Shown: positions 26,755 through 37,694 of the stretch, piece after piece
Layout of the letters: every line of letters begins with the position of its first letter
Position numbering within the stretch: position 1 is the first letter of the stretch
Source of the DNA: Candidatus Thalassarchaeaceae archaeon
GTDB taxonomy: Archaea > Thermoplasmatota > Poseidoniia > Poseidoniales > Thalassarchaeaceae
DNA length: 64,000 nucleotides
NCBI GenBank assembly: GCA_023700245.1
Contig: JAJPRE010000001.1
Location: forward strand, 2,022 to 66,021
Direction: 5' to 3'
Program-made: the position numbers and the translations under genes
Notes under the pieces: model-generated
The model's input: only the letters and a program-made list of their open reading frames with translations
Database searches by the model: none
Told to the model about the DNA's origin: nothing

Positions 26755-28002
26755 GTGCAAGGCGTCCTGTCGCTTGATGCAATAGATTTGCAAGGGCGCA
26801 CCGTGTTATACAGAGTAGACGTAAATGCACCTCTAAATCCAATAGATAAATCTCTTCTGGATGATTCTAGACTTAAGATGATCAAACCAACTTTAGAAAT
26901 TTTAAAAGAGTCTAAAGTAGTTATTTTAGCACATCAATCTAGGCCCGGCAAATCTGATTTCTCTGATATGTCAAAACACAGTGAAAGACTTTCAGAAATA
27001 ATAGGAAGAGAAATTAAGTTTATCCCAGACATTTGTAGTGATTCTACTATTGAGTTAATTAAAAATATGAGTGACGGAGATATTATTTTTCTTGATAATA
27101 TGCGTTCTCATATTGAGGAATATGGTACTAAATATGAACATTGGAGAGATACTGAATCTTCAGAAATAGTAACTAAATTATCTTCTGTGGCAGATTTATA
27201 TGTTTCCGATGCATTCGCTGCAGCCCATCGAAGCTCCCCAACACTTACTGGTTTTGCACATTGCTTACCTTGTTTTCCTGGGCAATTAATGATGGATGAG
27301 TTATCAAATCTTGATATCGCAACTAAAAATCCTCCTAGGCCTTATCTTGCAATACTCGGAGGTGCAAAATGTGATGACTCTCTCAGAGTTGCGCTTAATT
27401 TAATCGAGAAAGAAATAGTCGATAAAATAGCACCAGTAGGCTTAGTTGGTAACTTAATGCTATGGGCAAACGGAAATGATATAGGAGGCCCAAATAAAGA
27501 ATTCCTTAAAAATACTCTAGCAAAAGATTTTGATGAGTCTTGGGAAATGGCAATAAAATTAATCAAAAACTATTCCGAATTACTAATTCTACCTGTTGAT
27601 TTTGCAGTTGAAATCAATGATGAAAGAGTTCCAATGTCATTAGACCAACTTCCAACAGACTATCCAATATATGACGTTGGAATTTTATCTTTGATGAATC
27701 TAAGGCCAATAATATTGGATTCAAAATGTATACTTTGGAACGGTCCTGCTTCTTTCTTTGAGAGGCCCGGTTTCGCATTTGGAACTATTGAAATTTTGAA
27801 TATGTGTGTTGAAACTAATGCGATTACAATAATCGGAGGAGGCCATACAAGTGCACTAGTGAGTAGCCGTGGTGCAGCTTCCCAAGTCACTCATAATAGT
27901 ACAGGAGGGGGTTCTACAATGTGTTTATTATCGGGTCAAGAGATGCCTGTTATAGATTCTCTAAGAGAGTCAGCCACTAAATTTTCAAAGAATAATTCAT
28001 AA
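26755..28002 (+). CDS. pgk: Phosphoglycerate kinase
   Basis: RVDVNAP, AHQSRPG, DAFAAAHRS, LGGAK, WNGP, GGGHT, STGGG. Confidence 0.95.
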   Translation: MQGVLSLDAIDLQGRTVLYRVDVNAPLNPIDKSLLDDSRLKMIKPTLEILKESKVVILAHQSRPGKSDFSDMSKHSERLSEIIGREIKFIPDICSDSTIELIKNMSDGDIIFLDNMRSHIEEYGTKYEHWRDTESSEIVTKLSSVADLYVSDAFAAAHRSSPTLTGFAHCLPCFPGQLMMDELSNLDIATKNPPRPYLAILGGAKCDDSLRVALNLIEKEIVDKIAPVGLVGNLMLWANGNDIGGPNKEFLKNTLAKDFDESWEMAIKLIKNYSELLILPVDFAVEINDERVPMSLDQLPTDYPIYDVGILSLMNLRPIILDSKCILWNGPASFFERPGFAFGTIEILNMCVETNAITIIGGGHTSALVSSRGAASQVTHNSTGGGSTMCLLSGQEMPVIDSLRESATKFSKNNS

Positions 28003-28050
28003 TTATTTCATTGGATTCATTTTAATAATTCTTATAATGCTGGCTATAAC

Positions 28051-28626
28051 ATGGATGGAACAGGCAACTCTCCTTTTGATAAACCTCCAACGGCCCAAAT
28101 TACTGATAATCCTCCAACAGCTCATATTTCTGGTAATCCTGTGAGTGGATTCACAGCACCATATGTTATTGGAAGAAGTAAAAGTAGCGGCCCAAAGATA
28201 TTTGGGGTAATCGCGATTATAATAGCGATATTTGGTACTTTGTATAACTTTTATTTTCTTTTATCTATTGAATCAACATTGGATAACTATGAAAAAGTAG
28301 GTATTGATGTTAGTAGTTACATGTCCATCTGGACATACATTACTCCATTTATAGGCATAATATCTTCTATTATTTTTGGTTATGCGGGTTTACAACTTTA
28401 TAATTATCAAAAGAAGTCTATATTCATAGCATTAGCAACAGTCGGTATCAGCTTAGCTTCAGGAATTATAGGATCAGTAATAATGGCAGATAGTCTAACT
28501 CAAGGTAATGATGAATTAGGAGGAATTTTTGCTGGAGTAGGAATAGTTACTACAATAGTATGGAATTCTTGTTGTGGTTTTGCAATTCTAATGCCGCTTT
28601 TAATAAATGGTGAAGATTTAGAATAA
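28051..28626 (+). CDS. Hypothetical membrane protein (4 TM)
   Basis: Four hydrophobic segments, Pro-rich N-terminus, CCG in the last TM. Confidence 0.7.
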   Translation: MDGTGNSPFDKPPTAQITDNPPTAHISGNPVSGFTAPYVIGRSKSSGPKIFGVIAIIIAIFGTLYNFYFLLSIESTLDNYEKVGIDVSSYMSIWTYITPFIGIISSIIFGYAGLQLYNYQKKSIFIALATVGISLASGIIGSVIMADSLTQGNDELGGIFAGVGIVTTIVWNSCCGFAILMPLLINGEDLE

Positions 28627-30018
28627 TTATTTTAATTTCTTTAAATCAACAATGTGCCCTATACGGGCATTAACATCTGCAAGAATATCGTCCAATGCAT
28701 TCTTGTCTCTTCCTTCAGCACGCATTACTAGAATTGGTTCTGTATTACTGGGCCTACACAAATACCATCCATTTTCATATCTTACGCGAATTCCATCAAC
28801 AGTAGATTTCTTCATATCCGAAAATGCTTCTAAAACTGCAGACATTGTCTCTTCACGTTCACCTGTAAGTGGAACTTTACCTTCATCAGTTGTTGGATAT
28901 TCAGGCATAAAATCAAAACGCTCTGAAAATGTCGGACCGCCATCACTAGGGGCTTCATCTCTCCCAACTATCTGCAATAACCTTGCAGCACTGTATATGG
29001 AATCATCAAATCCATACCAATCATCATTCATGAAGAAATGACCCGACATTTCCCCAGCAAGAGGAATTCCAGGATGCTCCCTCAATTCAGTCTTCATGAA
29101 TGTATGTCCAGTACGTACCATACGAGGAATCCCTCCTAGATCATGAATGGCTTCTTCAACAGCCATACTACATTTAACATCAAATAAAATTGTTCTTTCA
29201 TCATCTGTGGAATCTTTGGTTATTCTTGCTAAAACATCTTTTGCAAATATTCCTATAAGCCTATCAGGATGAATAAATTCTCCATTTTCATCTACGACTC
29301 CAAGTCTATCTCCATCTCCATCCATGCCAATTCCAAATTCAGCACCGTGTTCTATTACAGATTTTCCCAAATCAATCATATTACTCTGCCTAGTCGGATC
29401 TGGGGGATGATTGGGAAATGAATTGTCCCATTCGCAATATATTGGTATTACTTCTACTCCTAACCTTTCTAGTGCCTTTACTGCCAATGGCCCAGGAACT
29501 GCATTTCCACAATCTAATACGACCTTAATATTCCTCTCAATTTTACCTATATTTTCAAGAACTTTTTCCATATATTCTTCTTCATAATTTTCTACAAGAG
29601 TATAAGTTCCTTTTCCTTCTCTAAATTCACCTTTTTCAAAAGTCATTCTTATGTCTTGCAATTCTTGACCTCCTAAAGGCATAGTCCCTTCACAAATTTT
29701 GAATCCATTGTATTCTGGAGGATTATGGCTTGCAGTTATAGCAACCGCAACATCGACAGGAAGATCTACTGTTGAGCGATATAATACTCCAGTTGTAGTT
29801 ACGCCTAGGTCCATAACATCTGCACCAGATTCAAGTAAGCCTTTCACAAAAGAGGCGTGATACTCAGGACCAGATTCTCTAATGTCTCTAACTACTGCAA
29901 CTGCTTTAGCATCTAGATGTGTAGCTATGGCTCTGCCCAATCTTTCAGAAAACTCGCTACTCAATTCTGTTCCTGCGATACCCCTTATGTCGTAGGCCTT
30001 GAATACAGTCATAGGCAA
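28627..30018 (-). CDS. Phosphomannomutase/phosphoglucomutase
   Basis: FKAYDIRG, TASHNP, DGDGDR, GEMSGH, RPSNTEP. Confidence 0.95.
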   Translation of the reverse strand: MPMTVFKAYDIRGIAGTELSSEFSERLGRAIATHLDAKAVAVVRDIRESGPEYHASFVKGLLESGADVMDLGVTTTGVLYRSTVDLPVDVAVAITASHNPPEYNGFKICEGTMPLGGQELQDIRMTFEKGEFREGKGTYTLVENYEEEYMEKVLENIGKIERNIKVVLDCGNAVPGPLAVKALERLGVEVIPIYCEWDNSFPNHPPDPTRQSNMIDLGKSVIEHGAEFGIGMDGDGDRLGVVDENGEFIHPDRLIGIFAKDVLARITKDSTDDERTILFDVKCSMAVEEAIHDLGGIPRMVRTGHTFMKTELREHPGIPLAGEMSGHFFMNDDWYGFDDSIYSAARLLQIVGRDEAPSDGGPTFSERFDFMPEYPTTDEGKVPLTGEREETMSAVLEAFSDMKKSTVDGIRVRYENGWYLCRPSNTEPILVMRAEGRDKNALDDILADVNARIGHIVDLKKLK

Positions 30019-30054
30019 CCGAATCGTGTTGTATACATGACTTCTTTGGCGGCT

Positions 30055-30432
30055 TTATTCAACTTCTAATCCTCTAAATGCTTCACATACAATTTCAACC
30101 AAAGCATTTGCTGGTAAATTAGGAACTTCATAGGCTGCGCGAGACGGAGCCAACACATCTTCTAACCATTCTCCATAAATTTTATTGATTATTCCATAAT
30201 TTCCAATATCGGTCATTAGAATTGTTACTTTTACAAGATCTTTCTTTGAACTATTCGCTGCCTCTAATAAAATATCAATTTTCTCCAAAGTCCCTTTCAT
30301 CTGCGATTCAATGTCTTCACCCGAATCAATACCTATCTGACCAGAAAGCCAAATATGGTCACGCACTGATATTCCAGGACTATAAGGGGCCCATTTTTTC
30401 TCGCCTGTATCTATCTTTACTTTGCGATGCAT
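30055..30432 (-). CDS. RidA/YjgF-family protein
   Basis: PYSPG, LSGQIG, PSRAAYEVPNLPANALVEI. Confidence 0.9.
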   Translation of the reverse strand: MHRKVKIDTGEKKWAPYSPGISVRDHIWLSGQIGIDSGEDIESQMKGTLEKIDILLEAANSSKKDLVKVTILMTDIGNYGIINKIYGEWLEDVLAPSRAAYEVPNLPANALVEIVCEAFRGLEVE

Positions 30433-30462
30433 GTTAGTTCGATAAGGTCAATGTTGTTAGAA

Positions 30463-30927
30463 CTATTCATTTAACATATCAATTAACATTCCAATTATAT
30501 TGATGTGATCGCCAGCAATATTATTTTCTGTTAATAAATCGATTGATACCCATGCAGCTTCTATCGCATCATCTCCAGCTAATGGTTTGGAATCAGGTTC
30601 CACATCTACAATATAGAATAATCCTACACAGTGCTTTCTAGGATCCCTGCCCGGCTCTCCAAGTATTGCTAATGAGACGGGATTTTCACCTATTACGCCA
30701 GTTTCTTCTTTTAATTCTCTAATAACCGCGACTTCAGGATTTTCTCCATAATCTACAAATCCACCAGGAAATGCCCATTTACCTTCCCATTCTGGAGGAA
30801 ATGGTCCTCGTTTAATCATTAAAACTTCAGCCCCTTGGGAACTCTCTCTAAGGGCTACTGCATCTACAGTAACTGCAGGATTTCTATACTCATCTCTTCC
30901 ACATTCTTTACATACTTCATTTGCCAT
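30463..30927 (-). CDS. NUDIX hydrolase
   Basis: [24 protein letters not shown] Nudix box, RDPR, AGDDA. Confidence 0.9.
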   Translation of the reverse strand: MANEVCKECGRDEYRNPAVTVDAVALRESSQGAEVLMIKRGPFPPEWEGKWAFPGGFVDYGENPEVAVIRELKEETGVIGENPVSLAILGEPGRDPRKHCVGLFYIVDVEPDSKPLAGDDAIEAAWVSIDLLTENNIAGDHINIIGMLIDMLNE

Positions 30928-31798
30928 ACTTTCGTCTCCTATATTGATATGATTCTATAGCTTCATATAGGTTATTACGAGAAAATGATGGCCAATGTAC
31001 ATCCGTAAAGTATAACTCTGAATATGCTATTTGCCATAGCAAGAAGTTTGAAATCCTCTCTTCTCCGCTGGTCCTTATTACTAAATCTGGATCTGGAATT
31101 TCAGCGGAATAAAGACGGCTAGAAATTTCATCAGAATTTATATCTAAAAGCGACAACTTACCTGCAGCATGATCTGATGCTACTTCTTTAACAGCATCCA
31201 CTATTTCTTCTCTACCTCCATATGCCAAACACACTGTAAAGATAAAATCTGAGTAATCTGAAGTTTTTTCTTCTGCAATTTTAATTGCATTTTGAACTCT
31301 TTCTGGCAACTCATCTAACCTTCCAACAGCTTGTACCTTTACTTTTTTCGAATGAATCAAATGATCATCTGCAATTTCTTTAAGTCCGATTTCATATAAA
31401 TCATATAATGACTCTAACTCTTCAGGATCCCGTGCATTAATGTTTTCAGTAGAAAGGGCATATACAGTAAGATATTTTATTTCCAAATTTAATACCCATT
31501 CCATGACTTCTTTCAGTTTTTCTTTTCCTCTAAAATGTCCAATTTCTCTTTCGAGTTTATTACTCCATGCAAATCTTCGATTTCCATCCATAATTATAGA
31601 AATATGATTTGGTAATTCTTCATTACTAATTCTATTTCCTAATCTTCTTGTTCGAATTCTATCTGTTCTTGACACAAGGCCCCATGTAAACTTGGAATTT
31701 GATATATATCGGGCAGGAATTACAACTATCCTAAATTTTAGTAGCCATTTTGCTATCCCATCAATCATATTCCCTAATGATCTTTTTTGACGGCCCAT
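30917..31798 (-). CDS. uppS: cis-prenyltransferase (polyprenyl diphosphate synthase)
   Basis: [39 protein letters not shown]. Confidence 0.95.
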   Translation of the reverse strand: MGRQKRSLGNMIDGIAKWLLKFRIVVIPARYISNSKFTWGLVSRTDRIRTRRLGNRISNEELPNHISIIMDGNRRFAWSNKLEREIGHFRGKEKLKEVMEWVLNLEIKYLTVYALSTENINARDPEELESLYDLYEIGLKEIADDHLIHSKKVKVQAVGRLDELPERVQNAIKIAEEKTSDYSDFIFTVCLAYGGREEIVDAVKEVASDHAAGKLSLLDINSDEISSRLYSAEIPDPDLVIRTSGEERISNFLLWQIAYSELYFTDVHWPSFSRNNLYEAIESYQYRRRKYGK

Positions 31799-31809
31799 TG
31801 TATCACTCG

Positions 31810-32379
31810 TTATTCAAAAATAAAATCTACTGAATCCCCAACTTTATCTAATAATCCTTTTTCAGGATTTACTACAATAACTTGGCCACAATGTTTCCAG
31901 ACATCTATGTCATGATGACTATTTCCAGCATAAGCAAATTTTTTCAATCCATATCTTGCAACTAATGCATCGGCTTTTTGCAAACCTCTGAGATTGAAAT
32001 CACGATCAGATGCCATTACATCAGAGAATAATCCAACATGTGCAGCAACTTGTTCAGCAACAATTCTATCTGAAGCAGTTGCTAGGATAAGTTTCCTTCC
32101 TCTTGCAAATTCTCCAGTTATCCAATCTAAAAACGTCTCATGATATTCTAAATCTGCAGGATCAAAAACTAACTTTTCTGCAAGAAGCCTTTTCCATTGT
32201 GCTCTTTTTCCACTAATCTCCTTAATCAATACTTTTGGTATTAACCAAGGTTTTCGGATTAAGACTTTAGTAATGCTAATTTTACTCATGTCAGAAAGAA
32301 TCAATGTTCCATCCATGTCAACGGCGAGAGGCATGTCCGAGGTAGTGCCTTCCATACTACTCGACAAGAGTACATGCAT
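31810..32379 (-). CDS. HAD-family phosphatase resembling the N-terminal domain of HAD-UbiA prenyltransferase fusions
   Basis: PLAVDMDGTLILSD, LILATAS, NLRGLQKA, FAYAGNSHHD, VVNP. Confidence 0.8.
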   Translation of the reverse strand: MHVLLSSSMEGTTSDMPLAVDMDGTLILSDMSKISITKVLIRKPWLIPKVLIKEISGKRAQWKRLLAEKLVFDPADLEYHETFLDWITGEFARGRKLILATASDRIVAEQVAAHVGLFSDVMASDRDFNLRGLQKADALVARYGLKKFAYAGNSHHDIDVWKHCGQVIVVNPEKGLLDKVGDSVDFIFE

Positions 32380-32441
32380 TCAAGTCTTCTTAGACCGATT
32401 GCATGAATAATGGAACCTCTTCCTGAATATGGTGGAGAAGC

Positions 32442-33704
32442 ATGGTTAGTTTGGATAATTCTTGGAAGCCTTCTGCAATGGTTGAATCAGAAACTCAAGG
32501 CGAAGCGCCATTTGGTTTTACTTCAGTACGATTAGTAGCACAAAGAATTGTAATGGACATTATAGAGCCAACTAAATTAGAAAACTCAGAAGATTGGAAA
32601 ATTTTAATTTCTGAATTAAAAAATTGGGGGCAAGTTCCTAATCCTGATACATTATCAATTATATCTACCAAAAATACTGAAAGAGGACTATTGGTAAAAC
32701 TTGAAAGTGATGGAATTAATTGGATTGCTGAATTTCTTCCTTGGGGTTCAGATGGTCGCTTACAATCCAGAGTGGCAAATTCTCACTCTGAAATGAATAT
32801 TCCCAGCGGAGGCTATTCATGGAATGATTCAGATATAATTATTTTACGTAAATCATTAAATTATGAACAAAAAGTTGGAGAAAAACTTCATCAATCCCTT
32901 ACTGAAAGTAATTTTGAAGATAGTAAGTCAATACTTCATGAGGCTGGTAAAAAGTTAGGATTGTATCATTCATCAATTGAATCTGCTAGAATAACTCCGG
33001 TAGACCAACAACGTTGGAATAAAAGGCTAACGAAACTTGAAGAAATTCTCAAATCGAATACTATATGGAGGGCTCCGTTTACACGTGATACTCCTTGTGT
33101 GTTAAGTCTTGGAGATGTAAGATTTGATGATTTTTTAATTAAGGAAAACGGTCTTTTTTCCTTGAGTATAAATCCTCCAAGATTAGCTGATGGTTTATTT
33201 AAAGATGAATGTGAGTTCCCTGCAATAAGAGATTTTGCATGTTTAATGCATGATTTAAGTAGGATATACCATAAAAGTAATTCCAATATTGACATAATTT
33301 TATTACGAAAATCTCTAATCGACGGATGGATTTCTACTGCTCCCGAAAAATGGTGCTCTTCAAATGCCTTTTATGCCCACAGAGGAGGCTTAGTAATATG
33401 GGAATATGAACAATCCCTATTAGATGTACTTGAAGCATTTGCCCGTCAATCCGGCGCTCCCGAACCGGCAGTCAGCATTATCTCCAAAGTCATTCCATTT
33501 CAAAAAAAGATGTATAGTAATAGGTCTCCAGCTGCAGTCGCTTTCGTGAGCTTTTTCCTGGGAGTGATTACAATATATCATCAAACTCCAACTACTTTAT
33601 CCGAATTATTAATGCCTGTATTTTGCATTACTGTAGGAATTGCTGGATTCTATTTATACAGAAAAGCATCGCCTTCTCCAACAAAGCCAATTACTCATTT
33701 TTAG
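32442..33704 (+). CDS. Maltokinase/APH-fold kinase-like protein with C-terminal TM hairpin (degenerate)
   Basis: AGKKLGLYH, LGDVRFDDFL and PAIRDFACLMHDL align with Mak/Pep2 motifs (LGxxLAxLH, HGDLHLGQVL, PLRDVAGMLRS). Confidence 0.5.
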   Translation: MVSLDNSWKPSAMVESETQGEAPFGFTSVRLVAQRIVMDIIEPTKLENSEDWKILISELKNWGQVPNPDTLSIISTKNTERGLLVKLESDGINWIAEFLPWGSDGRLQSRVANSHSEMNIPSGGYSWNDSDIIILRKSLNYEQKVGEKLHQSLTESNFEDSKSILHEAGKKLGLYHSSIESARITPVDQQRWNKRLTKLEEILKSNTIWRAPFTRDTPCVLSLGDVRFDDFLIKENGLFSLSINPPRLADGLFKDECEFPAIRDFACLMHDLSRIYHKSNSNIDIILLRKSLIDGWISTAPEKWCSSNAFYAHRGGLVIWEYEQSLLDVLEAFARQSGAPEPAVSIISKVIPFQKKMYSNRSPAAVAFVSFFLGVITIYHQTPTTLSELLMPVFCITVGIAGFYLYRKASPSPTKPITHF

Positions 33705-34290
33705 TTATTATGCCATCATTATAAGCATAAATACGAGGTATACCAGTTGGTATTTCGACATTAACAATTTCTTCTGGAGATATATTTTCTATATGCATCA
33801 CGATTGATCTCAAAGAATTACCATGCGCCGCTACTAATATATTTCTTCCATTTTCTAATTCAGGTAGTATTTCTTCAATAAAATATGGAATAGTTCTCTC
33901 AGCCGTCATTTTCAGACTCTCTCCTCCCGGCGGTGCAATATCATAGGAACGTCTCCATATGTGGACTTGTTCTGCTCCATGTTTTTCTGCAGTTTCTTTT
34001 TTATTTAGTCCTTGCAATTCACCATAATTTCTTTCATTTAACCTAAAATCAAAATAAGTAGAAAATTTTGATGATACATCATTATTTTCCATAATTATTT
34101 CAGCAGTTTTTTGTGCCCTAATCAGATCACTGGTATGTACGGAGTCGATACTTATTTTAGAAAGTGATATCCCGGCATCCAATGCTTCTCTTTCTCCTTT
34201 TTCTGACAATTCAACATTCGTCCAACCTGTAAATCTATTTTCTGCATTCCATATTGATTGACCGTGCCTTATTAGGATAAGAATGGCCAT
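33691..34290 (-). CDS. gpmA: 2,3-bisphosphoglycerate-dependent phosphoglycerate mutase
   Basis: LIRHGQSIWNAENRFTGW, LNERNYGELQG, AHGNSLRS. Confidence 0.95.
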   Translation of the reverse strand: MAILILIRHGQSIWNAENRFTGWTNVELSEKGEREALDAGISLSKISIDSVHTSDLIRAQKTAEIIMENNDVSSKFSTYFDFRLNERNYGELQGLNKKETAEKHGAEQVHIWRRSYDIAPPGGESLKMTAERTIPYFIEEILPELENGRNILVAAHGNSLRSIVMHIENISPEEIVNVEIPTGIPRIYAYNDGIITKNE

Positions 34291-34300
34291 ATTGATGCCT

Positions 34301-35380
34301 CTAAAGTTGTTTATGGTCCCTTCTTCGAGGTTCATGGAAATTCAATTGATTATCTTTTGCTCTAGCTCTAGCCATCAGTAAAATATCTTCTGTAAATTCT
34401 CTCTGAGTTGCTGCAGATGACATACAATAGAAGTTAGTTGCAACAATCACCATTGAAGGCGCAAACGACTTTACTCTAATCCATGAATCTTCAGATTTCA
34501 TAGATCTTGGATCATCAATTACCTGCTTACATAGGGAATCACAGAATTTTTTGAGTGCATCCGGATCACTATTGACTTCAAAATCAAAAGTTGGTTGAAT
34601 TCTTCTAAATCTTCTTTGACTAAAGTTCTCAACAGAAGAATTAGTAATATTTGAATTTGGTACAGTAATCATTGTATCCGCTGAAGACCTGATTTGAGTA
34701 GTTCTAAGTCCGATAGTAATAACCTCTCCTTCAACATTACCTACTACAATCCAATCTCCGACGTTAAATGGTTGATCGATTAATATGGAAATAGCTCCAA
34801 ACATATTTGCTACAGAATCTTTAGCAGCTAAGGCAATTACAAGGCCAGTTACTCCTAATCCTGCAACAAATGAATTTGCATCTACTCCTGCAAGCCCTGC
34901 AACGATGAAGAATCCAACTACCACTACCACTACTCTGCCAATTGATTCTGCTACACTTGCCAATGATCGCCTGGCGGCCATATTATCTCCTTCTACTACG
35001 ATTAAAACATCAATATAATCTACTAATCTAAATGCTGCTAATAGCATCAAAACAACAAATCCAGCATAAAATAAGTTAGATATCGTGTTCATATAATTTT
35101 CATTCCACACAGGGTCTCCATTACTTCCTATCCAATCTAATGTAAGGCTCATTATCAAGAAACCAATCATCCAGCCAAGTGATCTAGGGGCGAAAATATC
35201 CTTACCATCTATTCTTTCAGTTTTCGAAATTAAATCTATGATTCTGGGAAATAATAGTCTTCTTGCTATGATGCCAGATGAGATTGCAACCAAGCCGCAT
35301 AGTAACACTGCGAATAGGGTATTTTGTGAAAACCCAAGAATTACTTGTTCTCCTGATAAGAAATCTTCTAACTTTTCCAT
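34301..35380 (-). CDS. mscS: MscS mechanosensitive channel
   Basis: AGLGVTGLVIALAAKDSVANMFG, PFNVGDWI, IGLRTT, VPNS. Confidence 0.9.
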   Translation of the reverse strand: MEKLEDFLSGEQVILGFSQNTLFAVLLCGLVAISSGIIARRLLFPRIIDLISKTERIDGKDIFAPRSLGWMIGFLIMSLTLDWIGSNGDPVWNENYMNTISNLFYAGFVVLMLLAAFRLVDYIDVLIVVEGDNMAARRSLASVAESIGRVVVVVVGFFIVAGLAGVDANSFVAGLGVTGLVIALAAKDSVANMFGAISILIDQPFNVGDWIVVGNVEGEVITIGLRTTQIRSSADTMITVPNSNITNSSVENFSQRRFRRIQPTFDFEVNSDPDALKKFCDSLCKQVIDDPRSMKSEDSWIRVKSFAPSMVIVATNFYCMSSAATQREFTEDILLMARARAKDNQLNFHEPRRRDHKQL

Positions 35381-35479
35381 ATATTGTCCCACGTGGTGCA
35401 CTTACATTAAAGTACTCTCGTAAAATAACACTGGAATACGTGGGATTCAAGACCATATGATGTTTCGGGTGTATAACAT

Positions 35480-37681
35480 ATGACGTCAATAACTCGAGAT
35501 GATGCAAGAAAATATAGCAATAGGCTACCTATTATTGCTTTATTGTTACCGCTACTTCTTTCAATTGGTGCTCCCTTAGCATTAATGCCCCCAGTCGAAG
35601 CACAGGAGATTTCCGAAGTTTCTGCTAGTGATTTATGGTCTGATGATTATGTAAACCAAATATTCCCATGGGGCGGAGATGATAGGATACAATTCAGGGA
35701 ATACCATGACTACTTTTCCATGAAAGATAGAATGCAATTTCTTGCCGACAGAAATCCAGACTTTATGAGTTATCATGAAGGATTAATTGGAGGAGTAAAT
35801 GCAAGAGGTGAAGACATGGCTCTTGATGATTACAAGGGATGGTATTACAATCACCCTAGTCCATGGATAAAAATCACTGGAGGCGGTGAAGAATTAGGTG
35901 GCGTTACAGGAGGAGACTGCAATACTTTTGTTGGGGACTGCGGAAATTATGCAGATTTACCTGATATTATGCTTGTTGGTAACCATCACGCAAGAGAATG
36001 GATGTCATATGAAGTTCCTATGTTTTTCCTTGAAACTTTAGCTTATTATTATGGAATGGCTGGAGTGGATAATGACGGTGACGGCCTAATCGATGAAGAT
36101 GGATGGGACGGAATCGATAATGATGGGGATTGTTTAATGTTAAACATCACTGCTCAAGATAGTAATGGTGATGGAAATCCATGTGGACCTGGAGATTTAG
36201 GAGTCGATGAAGACTTTTCAGAACAATTTATCACCGATATGGTAAATACAAGGGAAATATATCTGATTCCTATGCTAAATACTGATGGTAATCGATATGA
36301 TCGTGAAGTTTGGGTCGATGCTAACTGCGATGGTGAAGCATGGGATGATTGCCGAACTTCAGGTTGGAGAAAAAACCTTAGAGACAATACTGCAACTGGG
36401 GTAACTCCTCTTCCTGACATCGATGAAGAAGTAGATCCATCCTGTGATGGAGTTGATTTGAACAGGAACTATCAGTTCGAGTGGGGTGCACCTTTGGGTG
36501 CAACTGGACCTTTGTTCCCAGGTATGTGCTATGCGGGTGAAGCTGGAGCAAATAATGATGTATACAACGGACCCGTCAATTATGAAGATAATGATGGAGA
36601 TGGGTTAGTCAATGAAGATCATGTTGATGGCAAAGATGATGATGCCGATGGCCAAATTGATGAGGATTGGTTGGGTGGAAACAGTGAACCAGAGACTAAA
36701 TTTATTCAAGATATGACTGAAATGAATGATGATAATGGCGACGGTTCTTCAGAATTCAAGGCTACAATAACGTGGCACGCATTTTCCGAACTGGTATTGT
36801 GGCCATGGGGACATTGTACAAATTGTTATTCTACTGATGATGAATTTCTAGTTTATCATGGCAATGTAATGGGACAAATGACTGACTATGCGCCAATGCA
36901 ATCATCTGACTTATATCCTACAACTGGAGATTTTTGTGACTGGCATTATGGTGTTCATGATTCATATTGTTATACAATTGAAATTGGTAATGCTTTCCAC
37001 GAGAGCCCAGAAGATATAGCACACATCGCAGTTAGAAATTTAGGAGTACCGTTCTATATGACAGAAGCAGCGGATGATCCGAGATATAGGGCTATTGTCG
37101 GTATAGAAAATACTACCTCCAATCAGCTTTTACAATCGCCAGAAGACGTTGAAATACCAAATAAGGGAAATATACCAGTCAGTATGTGCTTAGAAACTTC
37201 TTTCCCATATACTTCCAATATGACTCGAACACATTTGATGTGGAGATTTGTTGAACCAACCAGAAATCAAGATGACTTTGGACCAACTGAATGGAACTAT
37301 AAACCATGGGAAATGTCTGGTTTTGAAGAGTTGAACCAACAATGTCAGTTAAAAGATGGAATGAATGGGACCTTAATTTCAGCAGATATTCCTCTGCCTG
37401 ATACTGCAGTAGGTGAAATTCATTATAAGGCGATGTTAGGTACTACGAATGGGGCATTCCCATTCAGATATCCTCCTGCAGATGAGGGCGATTATTACAC
37501 ACTATCATTGCCTTACAGGGCAGATTTTGGTTCATCTGTATTTGCCGTAATAATGTTCTTGGTAATAGCTACCTTTGTATGGGGTGGACTAGCATTTACA
37601 CTGAGAGCAATGTTTTCTGAAGATCAAAAGGTATTGGGATTACCTCCAGAAAGAATTCCGAATACCGATTTAAAATCCTAA
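35480..37681 (+). CDS. Secreted, C-terminally anchored M14 zinc carboxypeptidase with DxDxDG Ca-binding inserts
   Basis: NHHAREW, WRKN, GVDLNRNY, SEPET, TWHAFS, YTIE; signal peptide and C-terminal TM. Confidence 0.9.
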   Translation: MTSITRDDARKYSNRLPIIALLLPLLLSIGAPLALMPPVEAQEISEVSASDLWSDDYVNQIFPWGGDDRIQFREYHDYFSMKDRMQFLADRNPDFMSYHEGLIGGVNARGEDMALDDYKGWYYNHPSPWIKITGGGEELGGVTGGDCNTFVGDCGNYADLPDIMLVGNHHAREWMSYEVPMFFLETLAYYYGMAGVDNDGDGLIDEDGWDGIDNDGDCLMLNITAQDSNGDGNPCGPGDLGVDEDFSEQFITDMVNTREIYLIPMLNTDGNRYDREVWVDANCDGEAWDDCRTSGWRKNLRDNTATGVTPLPDIDEEVDPSCDGVDLNRNYQFEWGAPLGATGPLFPGMCYAGEAGANNDVYNGPVNYEDNDGDGLVNEDHVDGKDDDADGQIDEDWLGGNSEPETKFIQDMTEMNDDNGDGSSEFKATITWHAFSELVLWPWGHCTNCYSTDDEFLVYHGNVMGQMTDYAPMQSSDLYPTTGDFCDWHYGVHDSYCYTIEIGNAFHESPEDIAHIAVRNLGVPFYMTEAADDPRYRAIVGIENTTSNQLLQSPEDVEIPNKGNIPVSMCLETSFPYTSNMTRTHLMWRFVEPTRNQDDFGPTEWNYKPWEMSGFEELNQQCQLKDGMNGTLISADIPLPDTAVGEIHYKAMLGTTNGAFPFRYPPADEGDYYTLSLPYRADFGSSVFAVIMFLVIATFVWGGLAFTLRAMFSEDQKVLGLPPERIPNTDLKS

Positions 37682-37694
37682 AAATGCCCAAAAA

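Noticed and set aside
33691-34290. Cofactor-dependent PGM as a novelty
   Set aside because: dPGM is already known from some archaea, including Thermoplasma.
36060-36750. Repeated GATAATGAYGG-like DNA as a CRISPR or repeat array
   Set aside because: Degenerate, in-frame codons for DxDxDG calcium loops; no constant repeat-spacer period and no cas genes.
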